DNA of 64,000 nucleotides from Ilumatobacteraceae bacterium (lineage in GTDB: Bacteria; Actinomycetota; Acidimicrobiia; Acidimicrobiales; Ilumatobacteraceae). Below the pieces are notes generated by a model that worked only from the letters and a program-made list of their open reading frames with translations, did not search any database and was not told the origin of the DNA. Below, piece after piece: positions 1 through 8,823 of the stretch (its first letter is position 1; each line of letters starts with the position of its first letter). The stretch spans positions 1,401 to 65,400 of the forward strand of contig JBMTDQ010000004.1 of the NCBI GenBank assembly GCA_049432165.1. The letters are read 5' to 3'. The translations under genes and the position numbers were made by a program.

Positions 1-30
1 GGCAGTGTTTCGAGATTTGTCATCGTTACG

Positions 31-1377
31 TCACCCCAGTAGTTCTTCGCAGATACCAATCCAGAAATCGGTGGCAAGACCGAGACTCTCGACATCGATA
101 CGTTCGTTATGACCGTGGAAGCGGTTGCCAAATGTCGCCATGTCCATTGACGGAGAGAACAGCCCTGCTCCGTATCCAACGCGGCCTCGCTGGCGATAAA
201 ACCGTGCGTCGGTGCCTCCAACCACAAGTCCAGGGAGCAACTCTGCGCCTGGATACGCGATCTGTGTTTGATGTGTGATCACGTCCCACAATGCAGTGTC
301 GATTGGAGATTGGGTTCCCTCAGCCTGCTGTTCGGCATCACAGATCTCGACATGCGGAGCAAGGTCACCGAGGGCCTCGGTGATCATGGCGAGCACATCC
401 TCTTCGGTGGTTCCGGGAAGTGTCCGGATATCGACGACAAGGTCAACAACGTCAGGGATGACATTTGTCTTCTGTGACTCGACCGGGTGGATGACATTTG
501 GTGAAATCGTCGTGTGGGTCAGCGCATGGCAGGCTCTCGCAGCGCTGACTGGCATTGCTGAAAGTGCATCCCAGACTTTGCTTGGGTCAAGTAGCACAGC
601 TTTCTGCTCGTCAGAAATGTGCATTGCCCCAACCTGGCCCCGCCAAATATCGGTGATCTGAGTTGCCGGTCGGAACGATGCCAGTCGGCGAACGGCTTCA
701 GCCGCTTTCACGAGGGCGTTATCGCTGCCCCATGGCATCGATCCGTGGCCTGGTGTACCCCTGACGCGGAGCTTTCGCCAAGCGATGCCTTTCTCGCCAA
801 CATTGATGGTGACTTTTCGGTGACCTTCATGGTCGACACTCGACCATCCTCCAAGTTCGGTGAGCACGTAATCGGCATCGATGACATCAGCGTGATGCTC
901 AAACATCCATTCGGCTCCCCATGTTCCACCAGCTTCTTCATCGGCAACGCCGAAATAAATGAGATCACCCGATGGGGTGAATCCTGAATTCGCAAGGTGC
1001 CGGAACGCGACTGCCATCGATGAGGTGAGATTCAGCATGTCGATGGCACCACGACCCCACACCTCGCCGTTGATGAGTTCGCCACCAAATGGATCGTTGT
1101 CCCATCCGTCTGGGCTGACAGGAACCACATCTGTGTGGCCCATGAGACAAAGTTTTGGAGCATTCGGGTCGCGGCCTTCGATACGTGCCACGATCGACGA
1201 TCTGCCCGGGCGTGATTCAAACCGTTCAACGTCGAGACCGGTTCCTTCGAGGAACGTCGTCAACAGATCGGCATTTCTCACTTCATCGCCCGAATCAGGT
1301 GTCCCATCGTTGACACATGCGTTCCTGATCATTGCTTGTAACAACTCGGTGGTTTCGCCGGTCAATTGTTGGCTCAT
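31..1377 (-). CDS. M20/M25/M40 family metallopeptidase (ArgE/DapE/CPG2-like)
   Basis: 448-aa ORF with an ATG start. It carries the metal-ligand motif GHTDVVP, GRGAIDMLN, the ADEEAGG catalytic Glu pair and a C-terminal GGTDARF. Confidence 0.85.
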   Translation of the reverse strand: MSQQLTGETTELLQAMIRNACVNDGTPDSGDEVRNADLLTTFLEGTGLDVERFESRPGRSSIVARIEGRDPNAPKLCLMGHTDVVPVSPDGWDNDPFGGELINGEVWGRGAIDMLNLTSSMAVAFRHLANSGFTPSGDLIYFGVADEEAGGTWGAEWMFEHHADVIDADYVLTELGGWSSVDHEGHRKVTINVGEKGIAWRKLRVRGTPGHGSMPWGSDNALVKAAEAVRRLASFRPATQITDIWRGQVGAMHISDEQKAVLLDPSKVWDALSAMPVSAARACHALTHTTISPNVIHPVESQKTNVIPDVVDLVVDIRTLPGTTEEDVLAMITEALGDLAPHVEICDAEQQAEGTQSPIDTALWDVITHQTQIAYPGAELLPGLVVGGTDARFYRQRGRVGYGAGLFSPSMDMATFGNRFHGHNERIDVESLGLATDFWIGICEELLG

Positions 1378-1487
1378 GTCGCAACCTTAGGTGGTTGGTT
1401 GAACCGATGTGGTTGTTGAACAGTCACATGAAATGTTGTGTGAATGAGGCGTGGTGAGAACTGCTGCGCTACGCTGACAGTGTGTTC

Positions 1488-1679
1488 TCAGCAGCAGTTG
1501 CACCGCTTGCCCCTGTAGCCGCAGTAATTGCGGCTATTGCCGCGGCAGCAGCGCGAATTCCCGCCGCCGTACCCGTACGGGTTCGGAGCCGGCGGGGAAA
1601 CCGGTTGATTCGCTGAAATCACAACTCCCGCCAGCTCCGCCCCAACCGGCGGTGAGCGGCCGGCTGGGGCTCCCCTCAC
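1488..1679 (-). CDS. candidate small Cys/Gly/Arg-rich protein (63 aa from GTG 1679, 44 aa from GTG 1622); speculative
   Basis: Open frame ending ...NPYGYGGGNSRCCRGNSRNYCGYRGKRCNCC. 20 of the last 23 codons end in G/C. No ATG is available without overlapping the malic-enzyme start. No family recognised. Confidence 0.3.
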   Translation of the reverse strand: MRGAPAGRSPPVGAELAGVVISANQPVSPPAPNPYGYGGGNSRCCRGNSRNYCGYRGKRCNCC

Positions 1680-1694
1680 GAGGATCCCAACAAC

Positions 1695-3128
1695 ATGAAT
1701 CTGCAATCTGCAACATCGCATGACGAGGCACCAACACCAAAACGGACGCGCCCAACGACGGGCTATGCGCTGTCACTCGTCATTACTGGAGACGCAGTTG
1801 ACGGGGTACAGATCTCAGCGGCAATCGCCGAGCTCGGCGCTGAAGTTCGTTCGTCGGCACCAATTGACGGCGGACTTGAAGTATTTGTTGCGTGCTCAGG
1901 AACGGCGCAGCAGTCTGACGTGTTGGAGATGCTTGGCAAGTTGAGTGGTGTCGACAGCGTCTGCTCCTCGGACACGACGTTCGACCTTCACGTTGGTGGC
2001 AAGATCGTTGTTTCTCCTCGGACGGCGCTCGTGGGGCCAGATGAGTTAGCAATGGCGTATACCCCGGGTGTCGGACGTGTGTCGACTCATATTGCGCAAG
2101 AGCCATCATCGGTGTGGCGATTTACGGGCCGTTCGAATGCTGTGGCGGTGTTGTCAAATGGAACAGCAGTACTTGGCTTGGGGGATATTGGTCCGGAGGC
2201 CGCAATGCCGGTCATGGAGGGCAAGGCAGTGCTGTTCAAGCAGTTCGGTGGTGTTGACGCGTATCCGGTGTGCGTGAATGCACCGACGGTTGATGAGGTT
2301 GTCGCTGTTGGAGCAGCAATTGCACCAACTTTCGGCGGAATCAATCTTGAGGACATCAAGGCTCCCGAGTGCTTTGAGATTGAGGAGCGGCTCCAAGAGA
2401 TGCTCGACATACCAATTTTCCATGATGACCAGCATGGGACGGCAATTGTTGTCGTTGCTGCATTGCTGAATGCTGCGAAGGTCATTGGACGTTCGATGTC
2501 AGAACTCACGGTGACGATTGTTGGTACGGGAGCCGCAGGTGTGGCGTGTGCGCATCTGCTTGCAGAAATCGGCGTTGGTGACATTATTGGCGTTGACTCA
2601 CGAGGAATCCTTGACTCATCTCGTGATGGGCTGCACCCGAGCAAGCAATGGTTTGTCGACAATGGGAACAAGAACAACCGGTCTGGAGGGGCTCGTGAGG
2701 CGATCGAGGGAGCCAACGTCCTGATTGGGCTGTCTGGTCCGGGAATTATTGAGCCGGAGTGGGTTGCTTCGATGGGTGATGACGCAATTGTCTTCGCTCT
2801 TGCAAATCCGGTCCCTGAGATCATGCCGGAACTGATGCCAGACAATGTTGCGGTGGTTGCAACGGGACGTAGCGACTATCCCAATCAGATCAACAATGTG
2901 CTTGCGTTCCCTGGCGTATTTCGTGGACTTCTTGATGTCCGGGCAACGAACGCGTCGATGGGCGTGAAGCGTGCTGCCGCTGAAGCTCTTGCGGCGATGG
3001 TGGGTGAGCCCACAGCAGAGCGCGTTATTCCGGGTGCATTCGAAGATGGTGTTGCTGACATCGTTGCTCGTTCAGTGTCTGCCCAGGCTCGTGCCGAGGG
3101 GCTTGCCCGCGAGGCAGTCGCCGGGTAA
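1695..3128 (+). CDS. NAD(P)-dependent malic enzyme with an N-terminal extension of about 85 aa
   Basis: 477-aa ORF. Malic-enzyme core motifs are ELAMAYTPGV, GINLEDIKAPECFEIE, FHDDQHGTAIV, GTGAAGVA and NNVLAFPG. Confidence 0.9.
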   Translation: MNLQSATSHDEAPTPKRTRPTTGYALSLVITGDAVDGVQISAAIAELGAEVRSSAPIDGGLEVFVACSGTAQQSDVLEMLGKLSGVDSVCSSDTTFDLHVGGKIVVSPRTALVGPDELAMAYTPGVGRVSTHIAQEPSSVWRFTGRSNAVAVLSNGTAVLGLGDIGPEAAMPVMEGKAVLFKQFGGVDAYPVCVNAPTVDEVVAVGAAIAPTFGGINLEDIKAPECFEIEERLQEMLDIPIFHDDQHGTAIVVVAALLNAAKVIGRSMSELTVTIVGTGAAGVACAHLLAEIGVGDIIGVDSRGILDSSRDGLHPSKQWFVDNGNKNNRSGGAREAIEGANVLIGLSGPGIIEPEWVASMGDDAIVFALANPVPEIMPELMPDNVAVVATGRSDYPNQINNVLAFPGVFRGLLDVRATNASMGVKRAAAEALAAMVGEPTAERVIPGAFEDGVADIVARSVSAQARAEGLAREAVAG

Positions 3129-3138
3129 CAGTTCGATC

Positions 3139-3423
3139 GTGATCCTCATTGATCAGGCGCGTTGGTGGTTCAAGGGCCGCCGTTGGTGTCACCTCGTGAG
3201 TGATGAGTCGGTCGAAGAGTTGCTCGAATTTGCCGATCGAAATGGCGTAGATCGTCGTGCGTTTCAGGGGGACCATTACGACATTCCAGAGGAGATGCGG
3301 AGTGATCTCATCGCAGATGGCGCAATTGAGGTGAGTAGTCGAGACATCGCACGGCGACTGCGGGCCTCAGGACTTCGTCTCAATGCGGAACAACGGCGAA
3401 TGTTTCGACATCAACGGCCCTGA
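3139..3423 (+). CDS. DUF4031 domain protein
   Basis: The in-frame GTG at 3139 lies 10 nt after the malic-enzyme stop. Product VILIDQARWWFKGRRWCHLVSDESVEELLEFADRNGV...FQGDHYDI matches the DUF4031 pattern (RWCHL, HYD). Confidence 0.7.
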   Translation: MILIDQARWWFKGRRWCHLVSDESVEELLEFADRNGVDRRAFQGDHYDIPEEMRSDLIADGAIEVSSRDIARRLRASGLRLNAEQRRMFRHQRP

Positions 3424-3883
3424 GCATGTTGTCGATACAGAACCAGCGAGTGAGTGTGATCTCACAGTCGCCAAGTCGCTGCTGAAGGCGGCGCACATTC
3501 TCGCAGGTGGGCTCGTTGAACCCTTGGTTGAGCACCGACAGCACCGTGATGTCAGTGACTCGCATTGAGTGTTCACCGAACCATCTCGGGCTATTCATAC
3601 TTCGCTGGGCTGCGTCGATCGATTCGTCACTCGTCATCGTGTTTCGAATAGCGATCAATCCGACGCCACATCCGTCAACATCGCTCGCAACGATGACAGT
3701 CTCGTCGGAGAGTGGGCGAGAAATTGCCAGTGTGGCTACCCGCAACGCGTCGTACTCGCCATCGAGCCTGTCGCGACAGGCCCTGGGTAGCGGCATTGCA
3801 TCGAGCAACCGAAGCGCCCGGTGGCTTGGTAGCCCAATGAGGTGTTGGTGATGAAGTGAGATGTGGTTGCGATCGCTTGGCAT
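3380..3883 (-). CDS. hypothetical protein (start uncertain; longest ORF reaches 3988)
   Basis: Long open frame with no recognised motif. Starting at the ATG at 3883 leaves a 109-nt divergent promoter region. The longest version starts only 4 nt from the divergent arsC-like start. Confidence 0.45.
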   Translation of the reverse strand: MPSDRNHISLHHQHLIGLPSHRALRLLDAMPLPRACRDRLDGEYDALRVATLAISRPLSDETVIVASDVDGCGVGLIAIRNTMTSDESIDAAQRSMNSPRWFGEHSMRVTDITVLSVLNQGFNEPTCENVRRLQQRLGDCEITLTRWFCIDNMLRAVDVETFAVVPH

Positions 3884-3992
3884 GGCCGTCCTGAGATGAG
3901 GTGTGAATGCGGGCCAAGGTGGCGATTTGTTGAGTATGACGAATGGGTGTAGCGCACGACGCTGGCGTGAGTCGTCAGATACGGTCATCGGC

Positions 3993-4358
3993 GTGTCGGA
4001 GGTTCGGTTGTTTCATAACCCACGTTGCTCAAAATCCCGTGCAGCGTTAGAGGTGGTTGAGTCACACCAGTCACGTGGGCGTGACATTGAGATTGTTCAC
4101 TACCTCGACAACCCGCCGGACGTGGACACGATTCGAATGCTGATTGCAACTATTGATGGCACTCCTGCAGATCTTGTTCGACTCGATGACGGACTGTCCG
4201 CAACAGGTGTCACCGCTGAGCAACTTGCTCATCCAGAGTCAGTAGTCAAGGTCTTGCTTGCCGCTCCGGAACTGCTCCAACGGCCGCTGCTTTCAGACGG
4301 CAGGCGTACGGTGATCGGACGCCCAACCGAACGTATTTCAGAGATGCTTGATGACTGA
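3993..4358 (+). CDS. ArsC/Spx family protein (arsenate reductase/YffB-like)
   Basis: Starting at GTG 3993 gives 121 aa. The N-terminus VRLFHNPRCSKSRAALEVV carries the family Cys, and LLQRPLL...GRP lies near the C-terminus. Confidence 0.8.
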   Translation: MSEVRLFHNPRCSKSRAALEVVESHQSRGRDIEIVHYLDNPPDVDTIRMLIATIDGTPADLVRLDDGLSATGVTAEQLAHPESVVKVLLAAPELLQRPLLSDGRRTVIGRPTERISEMLDD

Positions 4359-6153
4359 TTCGGCACCCATCGGCAGCGGTATTCGATCGGTTCGTGAGAC
4401 GAACTGGTCGCACCTGATCGTTCTTCTCAAAGCACAGTGGGTAGGGATCTCCGCAGGCGTCGGCCTCGGTCTTGTCTGGACCGTTGGGAAGATTGCAGTA
4501 CCGCTTCTTACCCAGTCTGCTGTTGACAATGCGATTGTTGGCGATGGTTCGGCGTTTATCTGGGCGATCGGGATTGCGTGTGCCGGACTCGCAACCGGGG
4601 TGTTGACAGCTGGCAGGCGGTTTTTCGCGTTTAAGGAAAGTCGCATGGTGGAGACCATGCTCCGTGAGCGAATCCATGACCATGTGTTGGGTCTGCATCC
4701 GGAGTACCACGACAACGCACAGACCGGTCAGTTGATGAGCCGGATGTCATCGGACCTCAACCAGGTGCAGATGTTTGTCGTCATGATTCCGCTCACCCTC
4801 TCTCATGTTGCGCTCATCTTGGGGGTGACCGGAGTACTCATTTCGCTTGACCCCTTTCTCGCTTTGATTGCACTGTTGCCGTTGCCGTTCGTCAACGTGT
4901 CGGCAAAGTTGTTCTCGAATGCAATTCACCCAGCTGTTCTTGCAGTTCAAGCTGAGCAGGCACAACTGTCAACTGTTGTTGAAGAATCCATCGCAGGTGT
5001 GCGAGTCGTCAAGGGGTTTGGCGCGGAAGCAGTGCGAATGAAGGCGTTAGAAACCGAAGCCAATGACATTCGTCATGTGTCACTGCAGGCAGCGCGGATT
5101 CGCGCCAAGTACATGCCGTTTCTCGAATTGCTTCCATCAGTTGGGTTGGTTGGAGTGCTCGGAGTTGGCGGGCTTCGTGTGATCGATGGCTCGATGACCA
5201 TTGGTGAACTTGTTGCCTTCAACTTCTTCGTCACTCTGCTCGTCTGGCCACTGAGATCAATCGGCATGACCGTTGCATTTGGTCAACGAGCAGCAGCGGC
5301 ACTCGAACGGGTTCATGAGGTGTTGTCGGTGGAGCCAGCAATTGCTGATCCGCCCGAACCACTCCGGTTACCAGATTTGTCAACAGGGCGTTTCGGTGCT
5401 GTTCGATTCAGCGACGTGGGCTTTGCGTACGGCGATGGCGATCGAGTGTTAGATCGGTTCGACCTCGACATTGAGGCAGGGGAGTCGATCGCGATAGTTG
5501 GGGCTACTGGCTCAGGAAAGTCGACTATTGCGCGTCTGCTGCTGAGGTTTTACGACCCGCAACAGGGATCAATCACGCTTGATGGCATCGACCTTCGGTC
5601 GCTACGGGTTGACGAACTTCGCCGAACAATTGGGATCGTGTTCGAAGACACACTGCTGTTCCACGACACGGTTGCCGCAAACATTGCGTTCACGGTGCCG
5701 TCGATGGATCTTCACGCAGAGGCGGGACGCATTCGTGCTGCAGCAGCACTCGCTGGCGCAGCTGGTTTTATCGACGATCTTCCAGATGGCTACAACACGT
5801 TGCTCGGGGAACGTGGGTATTCGCTGTCGGGAGGACAGCGCCAACGGATCGCAATTGCCCGAGCAATCATTTCGAATCCGCGTGTGCTCATTCTCGATGA
5901 CGCAACGAGCGCAGTTGACCCTTCCAAAGAACACGAGATTCGTTCAGCAATGGCAACAGTGATGGATGGCCGAACCACTCTGGTGATCGCGCATCGTCCG
6001 GGAACGATTGCCATGGCCGACAAGGTGGTGCTCCTGGACGAAGGTCGCGTTTGTGCAACCGGAACACATCAGGAGTTGCTTGACTCCCACCAGCGCTATC
6101 GCGAAGTGCTCGCGGCCCTAGAACCTGGAGAGTCTGAGGCGGTGGTGAACTGA
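4351..6153 (+). CDS. ABC transporter permease/ATP-binding protein (exporter half-transporter A)
   Basis: N-terminal six-TM region followed by Walker A GATGSGKST, signature LSGGQRQR and Walker B LILDDATS. Its stop overlaps the next start (TGATG). Confidence 0.9.
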   Translation: MTDSAPIGSGIRSVRETNWSHLIVLLKAQWVGISAGVGLGLVWTVGKIAVPLLTQSAVDNAIVGDGSAFIWAIGIACAGLATGVLTAGRRFFAFKESRMVETMLRERIHDHVLGLHPEYHDNAQTGQLMSRMSSDLNQVQMFVVMIPLTLSHVALILGVTGVLISLDPFLALIALLPLPFVNVSAKLFSNAIHPAVLAVQAEQAQLSTVVEESIAGVRVVKGFGAEAVRMKALETEANDIRHVSLQAARIRAKYMPFLELLPSVGLVGVLGVGGLRVIDGSMTIGELVAFNFFVTLLVWPLRSIGMTVAFGQRAAAALERVHEVLSVEPAIADPPEPLRLPDLSTGRFGAVRFSDVGFAYGDGDRVLDRFDLDIEAGESIAIVGATGSGKSTIARLLLRFYDPQQGSITLDGIDLRSLRVDELRRTIGIVFEDTLLFHDTVAANIAFTVPSMDLHAEAGRIRAAAALAGAAGFIDDLPDGYNTLLGERGYSLSGGQRQRIAIARAIISNPRVLILDDATSAVDPSKEHEIRSAMATVMDGRTTLVIAHRPGTIAMADKVVLLDEGRVCATGTHQELLDSHQRYREVLAALEPGESEAVVN

Positions 6154-7961
6154 TGTGGCATGGTGCCGGAGTTGACCCAGAAGACCGTCTGACGAGAGAT
6201 GATGCGAGTCGAGTACTTCGTCGTGCCGCTCGCCTTGCTCGGCCGTATCGGCGAACGGCTCTCGCTGCAGTCGGGTTTGTTGCGATGGCGACATCGGCGA
6301 CAATTGTCGGCCCGCTTCTCGTTCGATTTGGCATTGACACCGGTATCCGAACTGCGAACCGATCGGCTCTCGGGGTTGCGGTTGCCGCTTTCGGTGTGGT
6401 GGTTGTTCTTGCCTACATCGGGTCGCGTCGCCAGTACGTACTTATCAATCGTGCAGGCGAAGGGTTCTTGAGGGAACTGCGTCTGCGGCTGTTCGCCCAC
6501 ATTCAACGCCAGTCGCTTGGCTTCTTCGACGAACATAAAGCCGGTGTTCTCGTTGCACGCATGACAGCCGACATCGAGTCAATGTCAGAACTTGTGCAGT
6601 GGGGCCTGCTGCAGTTTGTGTCAGCCGGCATATTGCTAGTGGTTGCACTGTGCGTGTTGTTGGTGATGTCCTGGCAGTTGACGTTGGTTGCACTTGCGGT
6701 ATTGCCGGTGGTGGTTCTGGCTTCAATCAAATTTCAGCGAGTGTCGAACGAGGCGTATCTCGAGGTTCGTGAGCGGGTTGGAACAAACCTCTCCACCCTT
6801 CAAGAGAATCTCGCCGGAGTTCGGGTTATTCAGGCTTCGGGCCGAGTTGATGAACAGCGCCGTCGGTTCTTTGCGTCAAATCGCGGCTTGTATGCAGCGC
6901 ACCTTCGAACAGTGAAAGCATCAACGTGGTATTTCGGAGTTGTTGAATTCTGCGGGGTTGCAGCGACCGCTCTTGGCGTATTTGCAGGGGGATGGCTCGT
7001 TGGTCGAGGCGATGTTTCTGTTGGAACTGTCGTGGCTGTGGTGCTGTTGTTAGCGAGTCTGTTTGAGCCAGTTCAGCAGCTCTCTCAGTTGTACAACACG
7101 GTGCAAGCGGCGACCGCTTCGCTGAAAAAGATGTTCGACATCCTCGATACCGAACCAGAAATCGATGAGCGGCATAGCGCGGTTGATCTACCTCGGTCTG
7201 GTGAATTGGTTATCGATGGGGTGGGATTCACCTACCCAGGTGCGTTGAGGCCAGCTTTGAGTGATGCAACGCTAAACGTGGCGAGCGGTGAGCGGGTTGC
7301 CTTAGTCGGACCGACGGGTGCAGGTAAGTCGACGTTGGCGAAAATCGTTGCTCGGCTCTATGACCCGTCAGTTGGGTTCGTGTCGCTTGGAGGGGTTGAC
7401 CTTGTCGATGCAACCTTGTCTTCATTGCGGTCGCAGATTGTTGTGGTTCCACAGGAGGGTTTCTTGTTCAATGGAACGGTTGCTGACAATCTTCGTCTTG
7501 CCGACCCGTCAGCTTCTGATGCTGATCTTTGGGATGCCCTTGACCGGATTGGAGCTCGTCGACGTTTTGAGCTCATGCCCGAAGGGTTAGAAACGGTGGT
7601 TCGTGAGCGCGGATCCCGTCTGTCGGCTGGCGAACGTCAACTTGTTTCGCTTGGTCGAGCCGCGCTTGTCGATCCCTCAGTCCTGGTTCTCGATGAGGCG
7701 ACCTCGAACCTTGATCCCGGCACTGAGGCCGAAGTCGAAATGGCACTTGAGCGTTTGATGTCTGGTCGAACGGTCATCGTGGTAGCCCACCGTCTGTCGA
7801 CAGTTCGCCGTGCGGATCGAGTGGTGGTGTGTGATGAGGGTCGGCTTGTTGAGGTCGGCACCCATGCGGAGTTGTTATCGATTCCGAATGGTCGATACGC
7901 CGCTCTACAGCAAGCCTGGTTATCTAGTCAGCCAACTGTTTCTGATCTCAGGCAGGGCTGA
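6153..7961 (+). CDS. ABC transporter permease/ATP-binding protein (exporter half-transporter B)
   Basis: TM domain plus GPTGAGKST, LSAGERQL and LVLDEATS. It is translationally coupled to the upstream paralog, suggesting a heterodimeric exporter. Confidence 0.9.
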   Translation: MWHGAGVDPEDRLTRDDASRVLRRAARLARPYRRTALAAVGFVAMATSATIVGPLLVRFGIDTGIRTANRSALGVAVAAFGVVVVLAYIGSRRQYVLINRAGEGFLRELRLRLFAHIQRQSLGFFDEHKAGVLVARMTADIESMSELVQWGLLQFVSAGILLVVALCVLLVMSWQLTLVALAVLPVVVLASIKFQRVSNEAYLEVRERVGTNLSTLQENLAGVRVIQASGRVDEQRRRFFASNRGLYAAHLRTVKASTWYFGVVEFCGVAATALGVFAGGWLVGRGDVSVGTVVAVVLLLASLFEPVQQLSQLYNTVQAATASLKKMFDILDTEPEIDERHSAVDLPRSGELVIDGVGFTYPGALRPALSDATLNVASGERVALVGPTGAGKSTLAKIVARLYDPSVGFVSLGGVDLVDATLSSLRSQIVVVPQEGFLFNGTVADNLRLADPSASDADLWDALDRIGARRRFELMPEGLETVVRERGSRLSAGERQLVSLGRAALVDPSVLVLDEATSNLDPGTEAEVEMALERLMSGRTVIVVAHRLSTVRRADRVVVCDEGRLVEVGTHAELLSIPNGRYAALQQAWLSSQPTVSDLRQG

Positions 7962-8760
7962 AGATCAGGACAAACTCGATGAGGCCTTGCGGTTCAACCT
8001 TGATTGCCGTAATCGAAGGGTCAACGATCTCGTAGTCGGTGAATACCACGGGGATCGAACCAACAACCCCGAGTCGACCGTTCTCAATTTGTGCCGATAT
8101 CTCAACCGTCACCGGGTTTGTGACGCCATGCATTGTCAGTTCGCCAGACAGCGTTGTCGTAATGGATGCACCTTCCGTTGCGGTCACGCCTAAGTCGATT
8201 GGCTCCGAGAGGATGAATGAGGCCGTTGGAAACTCGTCTGTTTCCATGATTCTTCCTCTGAATTGGCCATCGCGACGACTGTCGTCGCTGCGCATCGAGG
8301 CAACATCGACAGTGAATTCTGCGTCGATGATGGATGTCTCTTGGAGGGTGATTGACCCGTTGACCAGCTCTGTTCGTCCCACTCCTTCGGTATCGATCCC
8401 GAACAGCACCTCAGCAACGCGATAACCAACTTCGGAACCATCGGCGATGACCCACTGTCCTGCGGCGCTGTCGGATGAAGTTGTCGTTGCAACTTCATCG
8501 TCGTCTTCGATGGATTCTTCATTTGATTGTGTTGTTTCGGTAACCGCAGAGTCCTGGGGCAAGGTGCTCTCACTGATTGGCAAGGTGCTCTCAGTCAGAC
8601 GCGCCTCGAGGTCTGCGGTTCCAAACTCGTCAGGTGCATCATTGATAAACGTTGCGTAGACCCATGCACCTCCAACGACGAGAACGATGAGAGCGATCAC
8701 ACTCAGGAGAACACGAGACACAATGCGCTTACCAGTCATTCTTGACAGTGTTGCCGGCAT
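7948..8760 (-). CDS. YceI family protein, membrane-anchored, with an acidic linker
   Basis: N-terminal TM helix (VLLSVIALIVLVVGGAWVY). The YceI-like core includes DVASMRSDDSRRDGQFRG...ETDEFPTASF...LTMHGVTNPV. Confidence 0.85.
   Translation of the reverse strand: MPATLSRMTGKRIVSRVLLSVIALIVLVVGGAWVYATFINDAPDEFGTADLEARLTESTLPISESTLPQDSAVTETTQSNEESIEDDDEVATTTSSDSAAGQWVIADGSEVGYRVAEVLFGIDTEGVGRTELVNGSITLQETSIIDAEFTVDVASMRSDDSRRDGQFRGRIMETDEFPTASFILSEPIDLGVTATEGASITTTLSGELTMHGVTNPVTVEISAQIENGRLGVVGSIPVVFTDYEIVDPSITAIKVEPQGLIEFVLIFSPA
8558..8599. repeat. 21-bp in-frame tandem duplication inside the YceI linker
   Basis: ggcaaggtgctctcactgatt is followed by ggcaaggtgctctcagtcaga. On the minus strand this encodes the repeated ESTLP motif. 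Confidence 0.8.
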
Positions 8761-8823
8761 GGCGGGGAGAGTCCACTAGAGCGAATTCTTTCTCGGTGCG
8801 TAACGCCAGATTGGTGTCAATTC

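Noticed and set aside
2087-2845. 252-aa antisense ORF inside the malic-enzyme gene. Similar long antisense or alternative-frame ORFs lie at 10629-11249, 38321-38884, 38814-39404, 39510-40091 and 56349-56915.
   Set aside because: All lie entirely within genes that carry strong family motifs on the other strand or frame. They encode Ser/Arg/Pro/Thr-rich sequences and have no recognisable domains. They are shadow ORFs expected at this GC content.
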